UHGV virus genome: UHGV-0046267
DNA: 26,300 bases
Strand: one strand, 5' to 3'
Origin: a virus
The notes beneath the pieces were generated by a model. The model was not told where the DNA came from and searched no databases. It saw nothing but the letters and a program-made list of their open reading frames with translations. Made by a program: the position numbers and the translations under genes. Below are positions 16,960 to 26,300 of the stretch, piece after piece. How positions within the stretch are numbered: the first letter of the stretch is position 1; every line of letters begins with the position of its first letter.

Positions 16960-17760
16960 ATGATTACTCCTGCACAGCAACACTGGCAGAACGTGATGGC
17001 ACAGCGCGCAGGCCGGGCGAATGAAGGCGTGGACCACGCCGCGCGTACCGCGCATGAAGAGGTGCTGTATCGTCTGCGTCTGGCACAGGCCCGGCTTAAG
17101 GGCGTACAGGCCAGAAGCGCCAAAGCCGCCATCAAAAAAGAGTTGTTGCCGGACTTTTCCGGCTGGATTGAGGGAACACTGGAGGCTGACGGCGGGCAGC
17201 AGGATGAAGTGATTGCCATGCTGATGGTGTGGGCGATTGACTGCGGCGATCTTCCGCTGGCGCTGCGTATTGGTGCATATGTGGTCCGTCACAACCTCAT
17301 CATGCCGGATAACTTTGGACGTACTGCTGCTACGGTACTGACCGAAGAAATCTGCAACCCGGTACTGACGCAGGCCGGGACGGATGCCGACGCGGATTTG
17401 TCCGCCTTTATCGAACCACTGGATACCCTCCGGGAGATTGTCACCGACCAGGACATGCCGGACGAAGTGCGCGCCAAATTATGCAAGGCGTGCGCCTTTG
17501 CCCGTCGTGGCCTGACCGATGCGGACAGCATGGCCTCATCACTGAAGCTGCTGCGCGAAGCGATGCACCTGAACCCGAACGCAGGTGTGAAACGCGAGAT
17601 TGCAACCCTTTCCCGCGCCCTGAAAAAAGCCGATTCCGCAGCCGCACCAGAAGATGCCAGCACACCGCAGGCGCAGGACGAAAGCAGCAAAAGTAAAAAG
17701 ACAACGCGGAAGCCTGCAACACGAAAAACCACCGCGACGCAGAAGGCGAAACGCGGTTAA
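16960..17760 (+). CDS. Terminase small/endonuclease subunit, P2 gpM-like.
   Basis: 266 aa, between the capsid gene and the head completion gene, as gpM in P2. Confidence 0.8.
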   Translation: MITPAQQHWQNVMAQRAGRANEGVDHAARTAHEEVLYRLRLAQARLKGVQARSAKAAIKKELLPDFSGWIEGTLEADGGQQDEVIAMLMVWAIDCGDLPLALRIGAYVVRHNLIMPDNFGRTAATVLTEEICNPVLTQAGTDADADLSAFIEPLDTLREIVTDQDMPDEVRAKLCKACAFARRGLTDADSMASSLKLLREAMHLNPNAGVKREIATLSRALKKADSAAAPEDASTPQAQDESSKSKKTTRKPATRKTTATQKAKRG

Positions 17761-17861
17761 CGACTGACCCCGTCAGCGGGCGGCGTGCGCGGTGTTCCGG
17801 TTTGACTCCGTGACCGTTTACACCGCACACCCACCGCCCGATTTTTTCAGGAGTGAACCCC

Positions 17862-18356
17862 ATGAGTATGGTTGCCAGAACCAACCCCGGCCCCGCAGAG
17901 GACGACATCACCGATACCGATGATGGTGATACCCGTATTTCAGCGGGCGCATTCTGGCCGGATATTGTGCTGCGTGAGCTGCGTCTGGCGATACGACTGC
18001 CGGGCCGTGTGACCACCTCCCGCCTGCTGCATACCGCCACCGGGGCCGTGGCACACGTTACCCGCGAGCTGGAAGCGTGGCAGCAGGAACAGCAGGCGGC
18101 TGGCCATCAGACGCTGGCCGATGTTCCGGCACCCGTAATTAACGGAGAAAGCGTCAATCTCTGGCGCTGGCGCAATGCTGTTTATACCGCCACACGCGCC
18201 CTGATTCTGGAGCGTTACCGCGATGCGGACACAACGGACAAGGGCGACCGCCGGGCGGACGCACTGGATATACAGACATCGGATTTGTGGCGCGATGTGA
18301 GCTGGGCCATCTCTGACATTCTGTGCCGCCCGCGAATCTTTGCGGAGTTGTGCTGA
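17862..18356 (+). CDS. Head completion/stabilisation protein, P2 gpL-like.
   Basis: ATG at 17862 after an AGGAG RBS (the track starts at GTG 17853); about 164 aa, matching gpL size and position. Confidence 0.75.
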   Translation: MSMVARTNPGPAEDDITDTDDGDTRISAGAFWPDIVLRELRLAIRLPGRVTTSRLLHTATGAVAHVTRELEAWQQEQQAAGHQTLADVPAPVINGESVNLWRWRNAVYTATRALILERYRDADTTDKGDRRADALDIQTSDLWRDVSWAISDILCRPRIFAELC

Positions 18357-18556
18357 TGAAAGTGAAGGCACTGGAAGGCGACACCGTGGATTCGCTCTGT
18401 TTCCGGTACTACGGCACGACGCAGGGCGTCACCGAAAAGGTGCTGGATGCCAACCCCGGACTCTGTCAGCAGGTATTTCTGGACGCCGGGCAGGAAGTGG
18501 AGATGCCGGAGCCGGAGAAGAAGAAACGAGAAATGATTCAGTTGTGGGGGGAGTAG
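18356..18556 (+). CDS. Tail protein X-like small protein.
   Basis: 66 aa; ATG overlaps the gpL stop (ATGA). Same size and position as P2 gpX. Confidence 0.65.
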   Translation: MKVKALEGDTVDSLCFRYYGTTQGVTEKVLDANPGLCQQVFLDAGQEVEMPEPEKKKREMIQLWGE

Positions 18557-18558
18557 CA

Positions 18559-18882
18559 GTGAGCACCATTCAAACAGGGATCACAGAGCAGGTTATTGCA
18601 TGGCTCTTTGACCACCTGCCAACGGTGTATGCAGTAGGCGCGGCGGTCAGCATTTCCGCGCTGATGAGTCTTTATGACGGACGAACACTGGTTCAGACCG
18701 TAACGGGATCGCTGGCGTGCGGCGTTCTTGCCATGGCCGTGGCCGGGTCGTTGCGCTTCTTCGGTTTTCCTGAAGATGCCGTGACGTTTATCGGCGCATC
18801 AATCGGTTTTATGGGGGCAGAGAAAGCACGCGACAAGGTTATTGCGGCCTTTAATCGCAGGGTGAAGGAGAAGGACGAATGA
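18559..18882 (+). CDS. Putative holin.
   Basis: About 107 aa from GTG at 18559 with three hydrophobic segments and a charged C-terminus, immediately upstream of the endolysin. Confidence 0.55.
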   Translation: MSTIQTGITEQVIAWLFDHLPTVYAVGAAVSISALMSLYDGRTLVQTVTGSLACGVLAMAVAGSLRFFGFPEDAVTFIGASIGFMGAEKARDKVIAAFNRRVKEKDE

Positions 18883-19271
18883 GCAACACATTTAAATTCA
18901 GCAGCCGGAGCGAAAAGAATTTGCAGGGCGTAAATCCTGATCTGGTGAAAGTGACCCGACGGGCACTGGAAATTTCGGAAGTGGATTTTGGTATCACCGA
19001 AGGGTTGCGCAGCCGTTACCGCCAGAAGCAACTTGTGGCCACAGGTAAGAGCCAGACCATGAACAGCCGCCACCTTACGGGACATGCCGTGGATGTTGTG
19101 GCTTATATCGGCAGCCAGGTGTCATGGGAATGGCCGCTGTACGAAAAAATCGCAGCCGCATTCAGACAGGCCAGCCGGGAACTGAATATTCCGGTGGAAT
19201 GGGGCGGCGACTGGAAGACCCTGAAAGACGGACCGCATTTTCAGTTACCACACGGAGCCTATCCGGCATGA
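18879..19271 (+). CDS. Endolysin, M15-family zinc peptidase type.
   Basis: 130 aa. The SRHLTGHAVD motif (SxHxxGxAxD) and a second His (DGPHFQLPH) are typical of the M15 peptidase fold. ATG overlaps the holin stop. Confidence 0.8.
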   Translation: MSNTFKFSSRSEKNLQGVNPDLVKVTRRALEISEVDFGITEGLRSRYRQKQLVATGKSQTMNSRHLTGHAVDVVAYIGSQVSWEWPLYEKIAAAFRQASRELNIPVEWGGDWKTLKDGPHFQLPHGAYPA

Positions 19272-19675
19272 AGCTCTGGCCAACGCTTGGCGTCGCTTTC
19301 CTTCTGATTGCCGGATGGGGAACATCCATGCGTCTGTCATGGTCGCTGGGCCGGGAGAACGCCAGAAACGAAGCGCAGGCCAGCACCCTGAAACGTACCG
19401 CCGACACCCTGAATATCATCAGCGCCGGGGTACAGGATATGCAGCAGGTGCTGGCGCAACTCCGCGTGGAAAATCAGCAACGCAATCAGGACGGAGAGGC
19501 AAGACGTGAACAGCTACGCAACGATATTGCAAAAGATGAATGCGCCCACGCTTTGCCTGACGCTCGTTTTACTGACAGGCTGCGCAGGCACGCAGAACGC
19601 GCTACGGCCAGCGCCGTCAGTCCGGCTTATACCGCAGACGTTGACCATACCGGTAACGCCTCCCCCCTTCCCTGA
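19268..19675 (+). CDS. Inner-membrane spanin, Rz/LysB-like.
   Basis: Starts at the internal ATG 19268 (MKLWPTLGVAFLLIAGW...), with an N-terminal transmembrane segment then a charged, coiled-coil-like region; follows the endolysin. Confidence 0.6.
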   Translation: MKLWPTLGVAFLLIAGWGTSMRLSWSLGRENARNEAQASTLKRTADTLNIISAGVQDMQQVLAQLRVENQQRNQDGEARREQLRNDIAKDECAHALPDARFTDRLRRHAERATASAVSPAYTADVDHTGNASPLP

Positions 19676-19826
19676 CACTCCCACATGGGGAAATCTCGGT
19701 ATATGGGGCGACCGCCTTCTGGATGCACTGGAAACCTGTAACGCGGATAAACGGGCCATTGAATTACTGGAACAGCGCAGGCTGCAACGACTGAACAACG
19801 AGGACAACAACCATGCTGAAAACTGA
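19536..19826 (+). CDS. Outer-membrane lipoprotein spanin, Rz1/LysC-like, in an alternative frame overlapping the 3' end of the Rz-like gene.
   Basis: ATG at 19536 gives MNAPTLCLTLVLLTGCAG with an LTGC lipobox, and a proline-rich mature part. Confidence 0.55.
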   Translation: MNAPTLCLTLVLLTGCAGTQNALRPAPSVRLIPQTLTIPVTPPPFPDTPTWGNLGIWGDRLLDALETCNADKRAIELLEQRRLQRLNNEDNNHAEN

Positions 19827-20280
19827 TTCCCTGCGTGAAGCCATGACCCGTTCATGCCGATGGTGTCAGGCCAACCCGGAAAAATTCACCATTTTCGTGG
19901 AGAGCGGCAACATTGAAACGACCGGAGAAACGCCCTCGTTTGTTTACCGCTATCAGATGGTGATGTTTATCATGGATTACGCCGGGGAGCTGGACGACCT
20001 CACGTTGCCGCTACTGGCGTGGTTATCCGAAAATCAGCCACAGTTGTTGCTCAATCCGGAGCGTAATCAGGACATCAAATTTTCCGCCGTTATCAATGAC
20101 GATGACAGCGCCGATCTCCTGTTTACGCTCCCCCTGCGGGAACGCGTTCGCATTACGCGCAACAGTCAGGGCACACCGCAGGCAGAACACCTGCCGGAGC
20201 CAAAACCCCGTCTGCCCTCTTCCGAAGGCGACTGGTCACATGTATTCCAGGATGTGACGTGGGGTGAAAGCGATGGATAA
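19813..20280 (+). CDS. Tail completion protein, P2 gpR-like.
   Basis: 155 aa, the same length as P2 gpR, directly after the lysis cassette. Confidence 0.7.
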   Translation: MLKTDSLREAMTRSCRWCQANPEKFTIFVESGNIETTGETPSFVYRYQMVMFIMDYAGELDDLTLPLLAWLSENQPQLLLNPERNQDIKFSAVINDDDSADLLFTLPLRERVRITRNSQGTPQAEHLPEPKPRLPSSEGDWSHVFQDVTWGESDG

Positions 20281-20908
20281 GGCATTCACCCGTGTGGATG
20301 AAACCTTTGAGGCCATCCGCGACAGCCTGAATCAGCAGGCCATCAATAACATCGCCAGAAAGCTGGCACAGGATTTACGCCGCGCCCAGCAGGCACGTAT
20401 CCGGTCACAGAAAGCGCCGGACGGGACCGCGTGGACACCTCGCAGACGCCGCGTAACCCGGATACAGGAGCGCATTCGCTTTATCTGGAATAACGAAGCA
20501 CGCACGCTGAAAAACTGGCATCACGACACGGGGAAATACGGGCGAACCATTACCGGGTGGGATGAGGATAAAAACAATATCCGCACGTTTTACCGGGATG
20601 ACATCGACCGTTTTCTGGAAATACGCACCCGGCGCATCAACCAGGACAGCACAAAGCGCGTCCCCATGTTCGTAAAACTGCGCACCGCCCGCTACCTGAA
20701 AGCCCGTGCAGATACTTCCGGTGTGACGGTGGGTTACAGCGGCGTGGCCGCACGTATTGCACGCGTTCATCAGTTCGGTGAGCGCGATCAGGTTGCGCCG
20801 GGCATTTTCACCGATTACCCGGTACGTGAGCTGCTGGGTATCAGCCAGGCAGATGAGCGCCTGATTTATAACACGGTGCTGGGCCGGATTGCGGAGGCTG
20901 TACGGTGA
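20273..20908 (+). CDS. Tail completion / virion morphogenesis protein, P2 gpS-like.
   Basis: ATG at 20273 overlaps the gpR stop; lies between R and V. It is longer than P2 gpS, so the assignment is by position. Confidence 0.6.
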   Translation: MDKAFTRVDETFEAIRDSLNQQAINNIARKLAQDLRRAQQARIRSQKAPDGTAWTPRRRRVTRIQERIRFIWNNEARTLKNWHHDTGKYGRTITGWDEDKNNIRTFYRDDIDRFLEIRTRRINQDSTKRVPMFVKLRTARYLKARADTSGVTVGYSGVAARIARVHQFGERDQVAPGIFTDYPVRELLGISQADERLIYNTVLGRIAEAVR

Positions 20909-21486
20909 GCGCAGAACTCATGCGACTGCTGAGCAACATCATTCGCACCGGGATCATCTCTGAAGTTGATGAGAAGTCCTGGCGCGTGCGCGTTCGCAGC
21001 GGCGAACTGGAAACAGGCTGGTTGCGCTGGAACACCACGCGCGCGGGAGCCTTCAATGTGTGGCTGCCGCCATCACCAGGCGAACAGGTGGTAATTGCCT
21101 GCATTGGCGGCAACCCGGAAACCGCCATGATAATTGGCAGCCTGTGGAGTGATGCCATTCCGGCCCCCGGCAAAAGCCTGAAAGAAATCGTGGTCAGCGC
21201 GCCGGATGGCGCGGTGTTCCGCTACGACGCGGCCGCAGGCGCACTGAGCGCCAGCGGCATGAAAACAGCCACCCTGCAGGCATCCGTCAGCGTGACACTG
21301 GACACGCCCGTCGTGGAATGCACAGACCTTCTGAGAACGGCGACACTTGACGTCACAAAAGGGGGAAAGATGAGCGGCAATATCACGCACAGCGGCGGCA
21401 ATTTCACCTCAAACGGCATCACAGTGCATACGCATAAACACGGTGGCGTTAAAGGTGGCAGCGATTCGACAGGAGGCCCGCAGTGA
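20905..21486 (+). CDS. Baseplate spike/assembly protein, P2 gpV-like.
   Basis: 193 aa from GTG 20905 (GTGA overlap). N-terminus IIRTGII and C-terminal LHTHKHGG/GGSDSTGGP pattern resemble gpV. Confidence 0.8.
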   Translation: MSAELMRLLSNIIRTGIISEVDEKSWRVRVRSGELETGWLRWNTTRAGAFNVWLPPSPGEQVVIACIGGNPETAMIIGSLWSDAIPAPGKSLKEIVVSAPDGAVFRYDAAAGALSASGMKTATLQASVSVTLDTPVVECTDLLRTATLDVTKGGKMSGNITHSGGNFTSNGITVHTHKHGGVKGGSDSTGGPQ

Positions 21487-21833
21487 CAACCCGCTACACA
21501 GGAATGAACCCGGACGGAACGGGAAACCTGAACGATATGGAGCACCTGAAACAGTCAGTCAGGGACATCCTGACCACCCCGCTGGCCAGCCGGGTTATGC
21601 GACGGGAATATGGCAGCCTTGTGCCTGATTTGATTGACGAACCCATGAATAACACCACGCGTCTGCAATGCATGAGTGCTGCCGTGATTGCGCTGACACG
21701 ATGGGAACCCCGCATTGCCCTGGATGCCATCGACGTTGTCTGGAAAGCGGGAGGCCGCGCCGGGGTGACGCTGTCGGGCACTGTCATGCAGACCATGCAG
21801 AATGTTGAGTTAACCATCACGCTGAGGGAGTAA
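21483..21833 (+). CDS. Baseplate protein, P2 gpW-like (GPW/gp25 family).
   Basis: 116 aa, GTGA overlap with V. MTTRYTGMN...RVMRREYGS pattern as in gpW. Confidence 0.8.
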   Translation: MTTRYTGMNPDGTGNLNDMEHLKQSVRDILTTPLASRVMRREYGSLVPDLIDEPMNNTTRLQCMSAAVIALTRWEPRIALDAIDVVWKAGGRAGVTLSGTVMQTMQNVELTITLRE

Positions 21834-21836
21834 ATC

Positions 21837-22733
21837 ATGCCCGCCGTTGACCTTTCCCAGTTACCGGACCCCGCCATCATCGCGGAGCCTGACTTTGAAG
21901 CAATTCTGGCTGACACAAAAGCCATGATGATTGCGTCCTATCCCGCCGAACAGCGTGAAGCCGTTTCCGCCGCGCTGGAGCTGGAATCGGAACCCCTTAA
22001 CGTTATCGCTCAAACCATGTCGTTTCGTGAAATGCTGTTACGCCAGCGGGTTAATGAGGGCGCACGCGCCTGTATGTTAAGCCACGGTTCAGGGACAAAC
22101 CTGGACAACCTCGCGGGCAATATGAACACAAAGCGCCTGGTTATCACTCCGGCAACGGATACCACCGACGCGGTGATGGAGAGCGACACCTCGCTGAGAC
22201 TGCGGGCGCAGCGGGCGTACGACGGCCTGAGTGTTGCTGGCCCGTCAGGTGCATACGAGTATTTTGCCCGCAGCGCCAGCGGTCTGGTGCGTGATGCGCG
22301 GGCTATCAGTCCGTCTCCGGCAAATGTGACGGTTTCCATCCTGTCCACTGAAGGCGACGGCACGGCAACGGAGGCGTTGCTTAATACCGTTCGCGCCGTT
22401 CTGAATGCAGAGGATACCCGCCCGGTGGCCGACCGCCTGACCGTACAGAGCGCCAGCATCGTAACATGGCGGCTGAATGCAAAACTGTACTTTTACCCCG
22501 GTCCGGAATCCGAACCTATTCTGGCCGCGGCGGAATCGTCATTCAGGAAGTGGCTGGTTGAACAGGGGCTTATCGGTCAGGACGTGGCGTTGTCCGCCAT
22601 TGCTGCCGCACTTCATGTACACGGCGTGCAACGCGTGGAGATAATCGAACCCACACAGAATATGGCCATCAGCGACATACAGGCGGCGCGCTGTGAGTCA
22701 TTCACCATCAGCGAAGGTGGGCGTAATGAGTAA
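21837..22733 (+). CDS. Baseplate wedge protein, P2 gpJ-like.
   Basis: 298 aa, size and position of P2 gpJ. Confidence 0.8.
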   Translation: MPAVDLSQLPDPAIIAEPDFEAILADTKAMMIASYPAEQREAVSAALELESEPLNVIAQTMSFREMLLRQRVNEGARACMLSHGSGTNLDNLAGNMNTKRLVITPATDTTDAVMESDTSLRLRAQRAYDGLSVAGPSGAYEYFARSASGLVRDARAISPSPANVTVSILSTEGDGTATEALLNTVRAVLNAEDTRPVADRLTVQSASIVTWRLNAKLYFYPGPESEPILAAAESSFRKWLVEQGLIGQDVALSAIAAALHVHGVQRVEIIEPTQNMAISDIQAARCESFTISEGGRNE

Positions 22734-23256
22734 TTCACTGTTACCGCCATCAGCCAGCAATTTCATGCGTTGTGCCGAAGCTGTCGGAACGCGCATTACA
22801 GACATCCCGGTAGACCTCAACACGCTGTGGTCGCCGGACACCTGCCCGGTGCACCTGCTGCCTTATCTCGCCTGGGCATTTTCCGTTGACCGCTGGGATC
22901 GCAACTGGCCGGAAGAGACAAAACGACAGGTGATTCGTGATGCATGGCTGATACACCGACACAAGGGAACCATCAGCGCACTGCGCCGGGCCATTGAGCC
23001 TCTGGGATACCTCATTCGTGTGTCTGAGTGGTGGGAGTTCGGCGGAGAACCGGGAACATTTACCGTTGAAGTGGGCACGCTGGACAGTGGCGTGACGGAG
23101 GAAATGTATCTGGAAATGGAGCGGTTGATTGCTGATGCCCGCCCGGTCAGCCGCCACATGACAGGGCTGAATATCATTCAGGAGATCCCTGGAGATATTT
23201 TCGCGGCGGCAGCAACTTACGACGGTGAAGTCATTACCATTTATCCGGACGATTAA
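22726..23256 (+). CDS. Baseplate/tail protein, P2 gpI-like.
   Basis: 176 aa from ATG 22726 overlapping the J stop; same length as P2 gpI. Confidence 0.75.
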   Translation: MSNSLLPPSASNFMRCAEAVGTRITDIPVDLNTLWSPDTCPVHLLPYLAWAFSVDRWDRNWPEETKRQVIRDAWLIHRHKGTISALRRAIEPLGYLIRVSEWWEFGGEPGTFTVEVGTLDSGVTEEMYLEMERLIADARPVSRHMTGLNIIQEIPGDIFAAAATYDGEVITIYPDD

Positions 23257-23258
23257 AC

Positions 23259-25008
23259 ATGAGTACCACAACACGAAAATTTAAAACCGTTATCACCGAT
23301 ACGGGTGCAAAAAAATTAGCGCAGGCAGCCGCGCCAGATGGTAAGCCTGTCCGCCTGACTCATATGGCCGTGGGCGACGGTGGCGGTACATTGCCCACAC
23401 CTGACAGTAAGCAGACCCGTCTGGTGCATGAGGTGTGGCGACACACTGTTAATCGCGTCATCCTGGACGCAACACATCAGAACCGCATTATTGCAGAGCT
23501 GGTTATTCCTCCAGAAACGGGCGGATTCTGGATCCGGGAAATTGGTGTATTTGATGAGCACGGCGATTTAATCGCGGTGGGCAATACTGCCGAAAGTTAC
23601 AAGCCAGCCGTTGCCGAAGGGTCCGGTCGTGCACAAACATTTCGCACCATTCTGACCGTATCCAGCACTGCCACCGTGGCGCTTACCGTGGATAACACCA
23701 TGGTGATGGCCACAGTGGATTACGTGGATGACAAACTGAAAGAGCATGAACAGTCACGACGTCACCCGGACGCCTCGCTGACCGCAAAAGGCTTTGTCCA
23801 GCTCAGTAGCGCCACCAACAGCACGTCTGAAACATTGGCCGCGACATCGAAAGCGGTTAAGGCGGTAATGGATGAAACAAATAAGAAAGCCCCATTAAAC
23901 AGCCCGGCGCTGACCGGAACGCCAACAACACCAACTGCGCGACAGGGAACGAATAATACCCAAATCGCAAGCACGGCTTTCGTTATGGCTGCGATTGCCG
24001 CCCTTGTAGATTCGTCACCTGATGCACTGAACACGCTGAACGAGCTGGCTGCGGCGTTGGGCAACGACCCGAATTTTGCGACCACCATGACTAACGCGCT
24101 TGCGGGTAAGCAACCGAAAGATGCCACCCTGACGGCGCTGGCCGGGCTTGCTACTGCGGCAGACAGGTTTCCGNNNNNNNNNNNNNNNNNNCAGGTTTCC
24201 GTATTTTACGGGGAATGATGTCGCCAGCCTGGCAACTCTGACAAAAGTCGGGCGGGATATTCTTGCGAAATCGACCGTTGCCGCCGTTATCGAATACCTC
24301 GGTTTACGAGAACTCGGCACAAGCGGGGAGAAAATACCGTTACTCAGTACAGCGAATACCTGGACCAATCGACAAACATTCAGCGGTGGCCTTTCTGGGG
24401 AACTGTCCGGCAATGCCGCTACTGCAACAAAGCTGAAAACAGCACGAAAAATTGCTGGAGTTGGTTTTGATGGTTCTAGCGATATTTCAATTAGTGCCAA
24501 AAATGTCAATGCATTTGCACTCCGACAAACAGGTAATACTGTTAATGGTGATACATCCGTTGGATGGAATTGGGATAGTGGTGCATATAACGCCCTGATT
24601 GGTGGTGCATCTGCATTAATTCTTCACTTTAATATAAATGCTGGTAGCTGTCCTGCCGTACAATTCCGTGTGAATTATAAAAATGGTGGCATTTCCTACA
24701 GGTCGGCTCGTGATGGTTATGGGTTTGAATTAGGTTGGTCAGATTTCTATACCACGACACGAAAACCTTCAGCGGGAGATGTTGGTGCATATACGCGGGC
24801 AGAATGTAACTCAAGGTTTATTACAGGTATTCGCCTTGGCGGTCTGTCATCTGTTCAGACATGGAATGGTCCCGGCTGGTCTGACAGGTCAGGTTATGTC
24901 GTTACGGGTTCAGTTAACGGAAACCGTGATGAATTAATTGATACAACACAGGCAAGGCCAATTCAGTATTGCATTAATGGGACGTGGTATAACGCGGGGA
25001 GTATTTAA
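23259..25008 (+). CDS. Tail fibre protein (gpH-like), interrupted by an assembly gap. Conserved N-terminal part followed by a divergent, AT-richer C-terminal receptor-binding part.
   Basis: Two track ORFs (23259-24218 and 24148-25008) join across the N-run if the flanking duplicate is collapsed (…AADRFPYFTGND…). C-terminus ends INGTWYNAGSI. Confidence 0.8.
24174..24191. other. Assembly gap (18 N) inside the tail fibre gene.
   Basis: CAGGTTTCCG is duplicated on both sides of the N-run; removing one copy restores the reading frame. Confidence 0.85.
24287..24312. other. Candidate DNA-invertase crossover site (gix/cix/pix-like) inside the tail fibre gene.
   Basis: TTATCGAATACCTCGGTTTACGAGAA matches the Mu gix sequence as I recall it (TTATCCAAAACCTCGGTTTACAGGAA) at about 21 of 26 positions. 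It sits at the boundary between the conserved and variable parts of the fibre. Confidence 0.5.
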
Positions 25009-25010
25009 CG

Positions 25011-25544
25011 ATGATGCACTTAAAAAACATTACTGCTGGCAACCCTAAAACAAAAGAGCAATACCAGCTAACAAAGCAATTTAACATCAAATGGCTTTAT
25101 TCAGATGATGGAAAAAACTGGTATGAGGAACAAAAGAATTTCCAGCCAGACACTTTGAAAATGGTCTATGACCATAACGGCGTTATTATTTGTATTGAAA
25201 AGGATGTTTCAGCAATTAATCCGGAAGGCGCAAGCGTCGTTGAATTACCTGATATTACAGCAAATCGCCGGGCTGATATTTCGGGGAAATGGTTGTTCAA
25301 AGATGGCGTAGTGATAAAGCGAACTTATACCGAGGAAGAGCAGAGGCAACAAGCGGAAAATGAAAAGCAAAGCCTGTTGCAACTTGTCAGGGATAAAACC
25401 CAGCTATGGGACTCACAGCTACGGCTGGGCATCATTTCCGACGAGAATAAACAAAAATTAACCGAGTGGATGCTCTATGCGCAGAAAGTCGAATCTACAG
25501 ACACCTCCAGCCTGCCAGTAACGTTTCCCGAACAACCAGAATGA
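25011..25544 (+). CDS. Tail fibre assembly protein (Tfa / gpG-like).
   Basis: 177 aa immediately after the fibre gene; conserved N-terminus [20 protein letters not shown] and DITANRRAD core typical of the Tfa family. Confidence 0.8.
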   Translation: MMHLKNITAGNPKTKEQYQLTKQFNIKWLYSDDGKNWYEEQKNFQPDTLKMVYDHNGVIICIEKDVSAINPEGASVVELPDITANRRADISGKWLFKDGVVIKRTYTEEEQRQQAENEKQSLLQLVRDKTQLWDSQLRLGIISDENKQKLTEWMLYAQKVESTDTSSLPVTFPEQPE

Positions 25545-25545
25545 G

Positions 25546-25572
25546 AGAAGGCCCGATATTGGGCCTTAATTT
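25546..25572 (+). terminator. Hairpin terminator between the two convergent tail fibre assembly genes.
   Basis: Stem AAGGCCC / GGGCCTT with loop GATATT, followed by AATTTTTA. Confidence 0.55.
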
Positions 25573-26100
25573 TTACTCAGGCTTTTGTGGCCATTCGGGA
25601 TTTGCTGTATCCACACGGCTGACCAGAACGCTGTAGCGTTCCCATAACTCCAGTCGTGTGCGTTCCTCATCCGTCGCCATATTCAGCCTGACAGCGCGTT
25701 CCAGTGGCTGAATAACGCTTTCAGCTTCAGAAAGCAACGCGACCTTTTGTGATTCGGCCTGTTGTTGCTGTTCGTCTGCTGTATAAATCCGCTTAACCAC
25801 AGTTCCGTCCTTAAACATCCACTTCCCTGAATCATCGGCACGACGATTGGCTGTTATATCTGGAATCTCAACGACACTAAAGCCTTCGGGATTAAGCGTT
25901 GAGGCATCTTTGGTTATGGCAACAATAATATTATTTTCGTCGTATACAATCTTTATGGTGTCGTCCTGAAAGTTATTTACTTCCTCATACCAGTTTTTAC
26001 CGTCTTCGGACCATAACCAGATAACATCAAAATTCTTTGTTAGCTGATATTGTTCTTTTGTTTTTGGATTTCCGGACTTAATATTTTTTAAATGCTGCAT
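25573..26100 (-). CDS. Second tail fibre assembly protein, inverted orientation.
   Basis: 175 aa; shares the N-terminal [20 protein letters not shown] and DITANRRAD blocks with the plus-strand copy but has a different C-terminus. Confidence 0.8.
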   Translation of the reverse strand: MQHLKNIKSGNPKTKEQYQLTKNFDVIWLWSEDGKNWYEEVNNFQDDTIKIVYDENNIIVAITKDASTLNPEGFSVVEIPDITANRRADDSGKWMFKDGTVVKRIYTADEQQQQAESQKVALLSEAESVIQPLERAVRLNMATDEERTRLELWERYSVLVSRVDTANPEWPQKPE

Positions 26101-26103
26101 AAT

Positions 26104-26300
26104 TTACACCTGTGCGACGTTATACCATGTGCCATTGATGTATTTTTGTATTGGTCTGAAGATGGCTTCATCATCGCCATCTACTTCACCAATGATTCTT
26201 AATCCGGTAATTGCGTGTCCGGCTTTTTCATAACGACCACCACGCGCCATCAATTGAACAACACGCGTACCCAGGCGAACATCTTTTACATAGCGTGAAT
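26104..26300 (-). CDS. Alternative tail fibre C-terminal segment, inverted orientation, partial (continues past the window end).
   Basis: Hand translation of the minus strand is open to the window edge and ends ...PIQKYINGTWYNVAQV-stop, parallel to the plus-strand fibre ending ...QYCINGTWYNAGSI. Confidence 0.6.
   Translation of the reverse strand, partial: SRYVKDVRLGTRVVQLMARGGRYEKAGHAITGLRIIGEVDGDDEAIFRPIQKYINGTWYNVAQV

Noticed and set aside
1-26300. CRISPR arrays, rRNA or tRNA genes
   Set aside because: No regularly spaced direct repeats with unique spacers and no rRNA-like or cloverleaf-forming sequence seen on either strand.

Overview
This window is a P2-like (peduovirus-type) temperate phage or prophage from an enterobacterial host, laid out in prophage order. 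From left to right: integrase (-), C-type repressor (-), a divergent switch region, cox and small early genes (+), replication endonuclease gpA (+), an AT-rich two-gene accessory cassette (+), a repeat-rich non-coding stretch that probably holds cos, portal Q and terminase P (-), then O, N, M, L, the lysis cassette, tail and baseplate genes R S V W J I, tail fibre H and a tail-fibre assembly gene (+). The right edge runs into an inverted second tail-fibre assembly gene and an inverted alternative fibre C-terminus, so the fibre tip looks like an invertible, Gin/Cin/Pin-type segment; a gix-like crossover site sits inside gene H. The most notable cargo is the operon at 7991-11361, an AAA+ ATPase followed by a subtilisin-like S8 peptidase, in the slot where P2 itself carries tin and old. 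I read it as an anti-phage defence cassette whose architecture matches the IetA/IetS pairing as I recall it; I cannot run a search, so that assignment is recall plus inference. Three N-runs (11824-11918, 16858-16915, 24174-24191) are each flanked by short duplicated sequence and look like assembly joins rather than biology. No rRNA, tRNA or CRISPR array was found.
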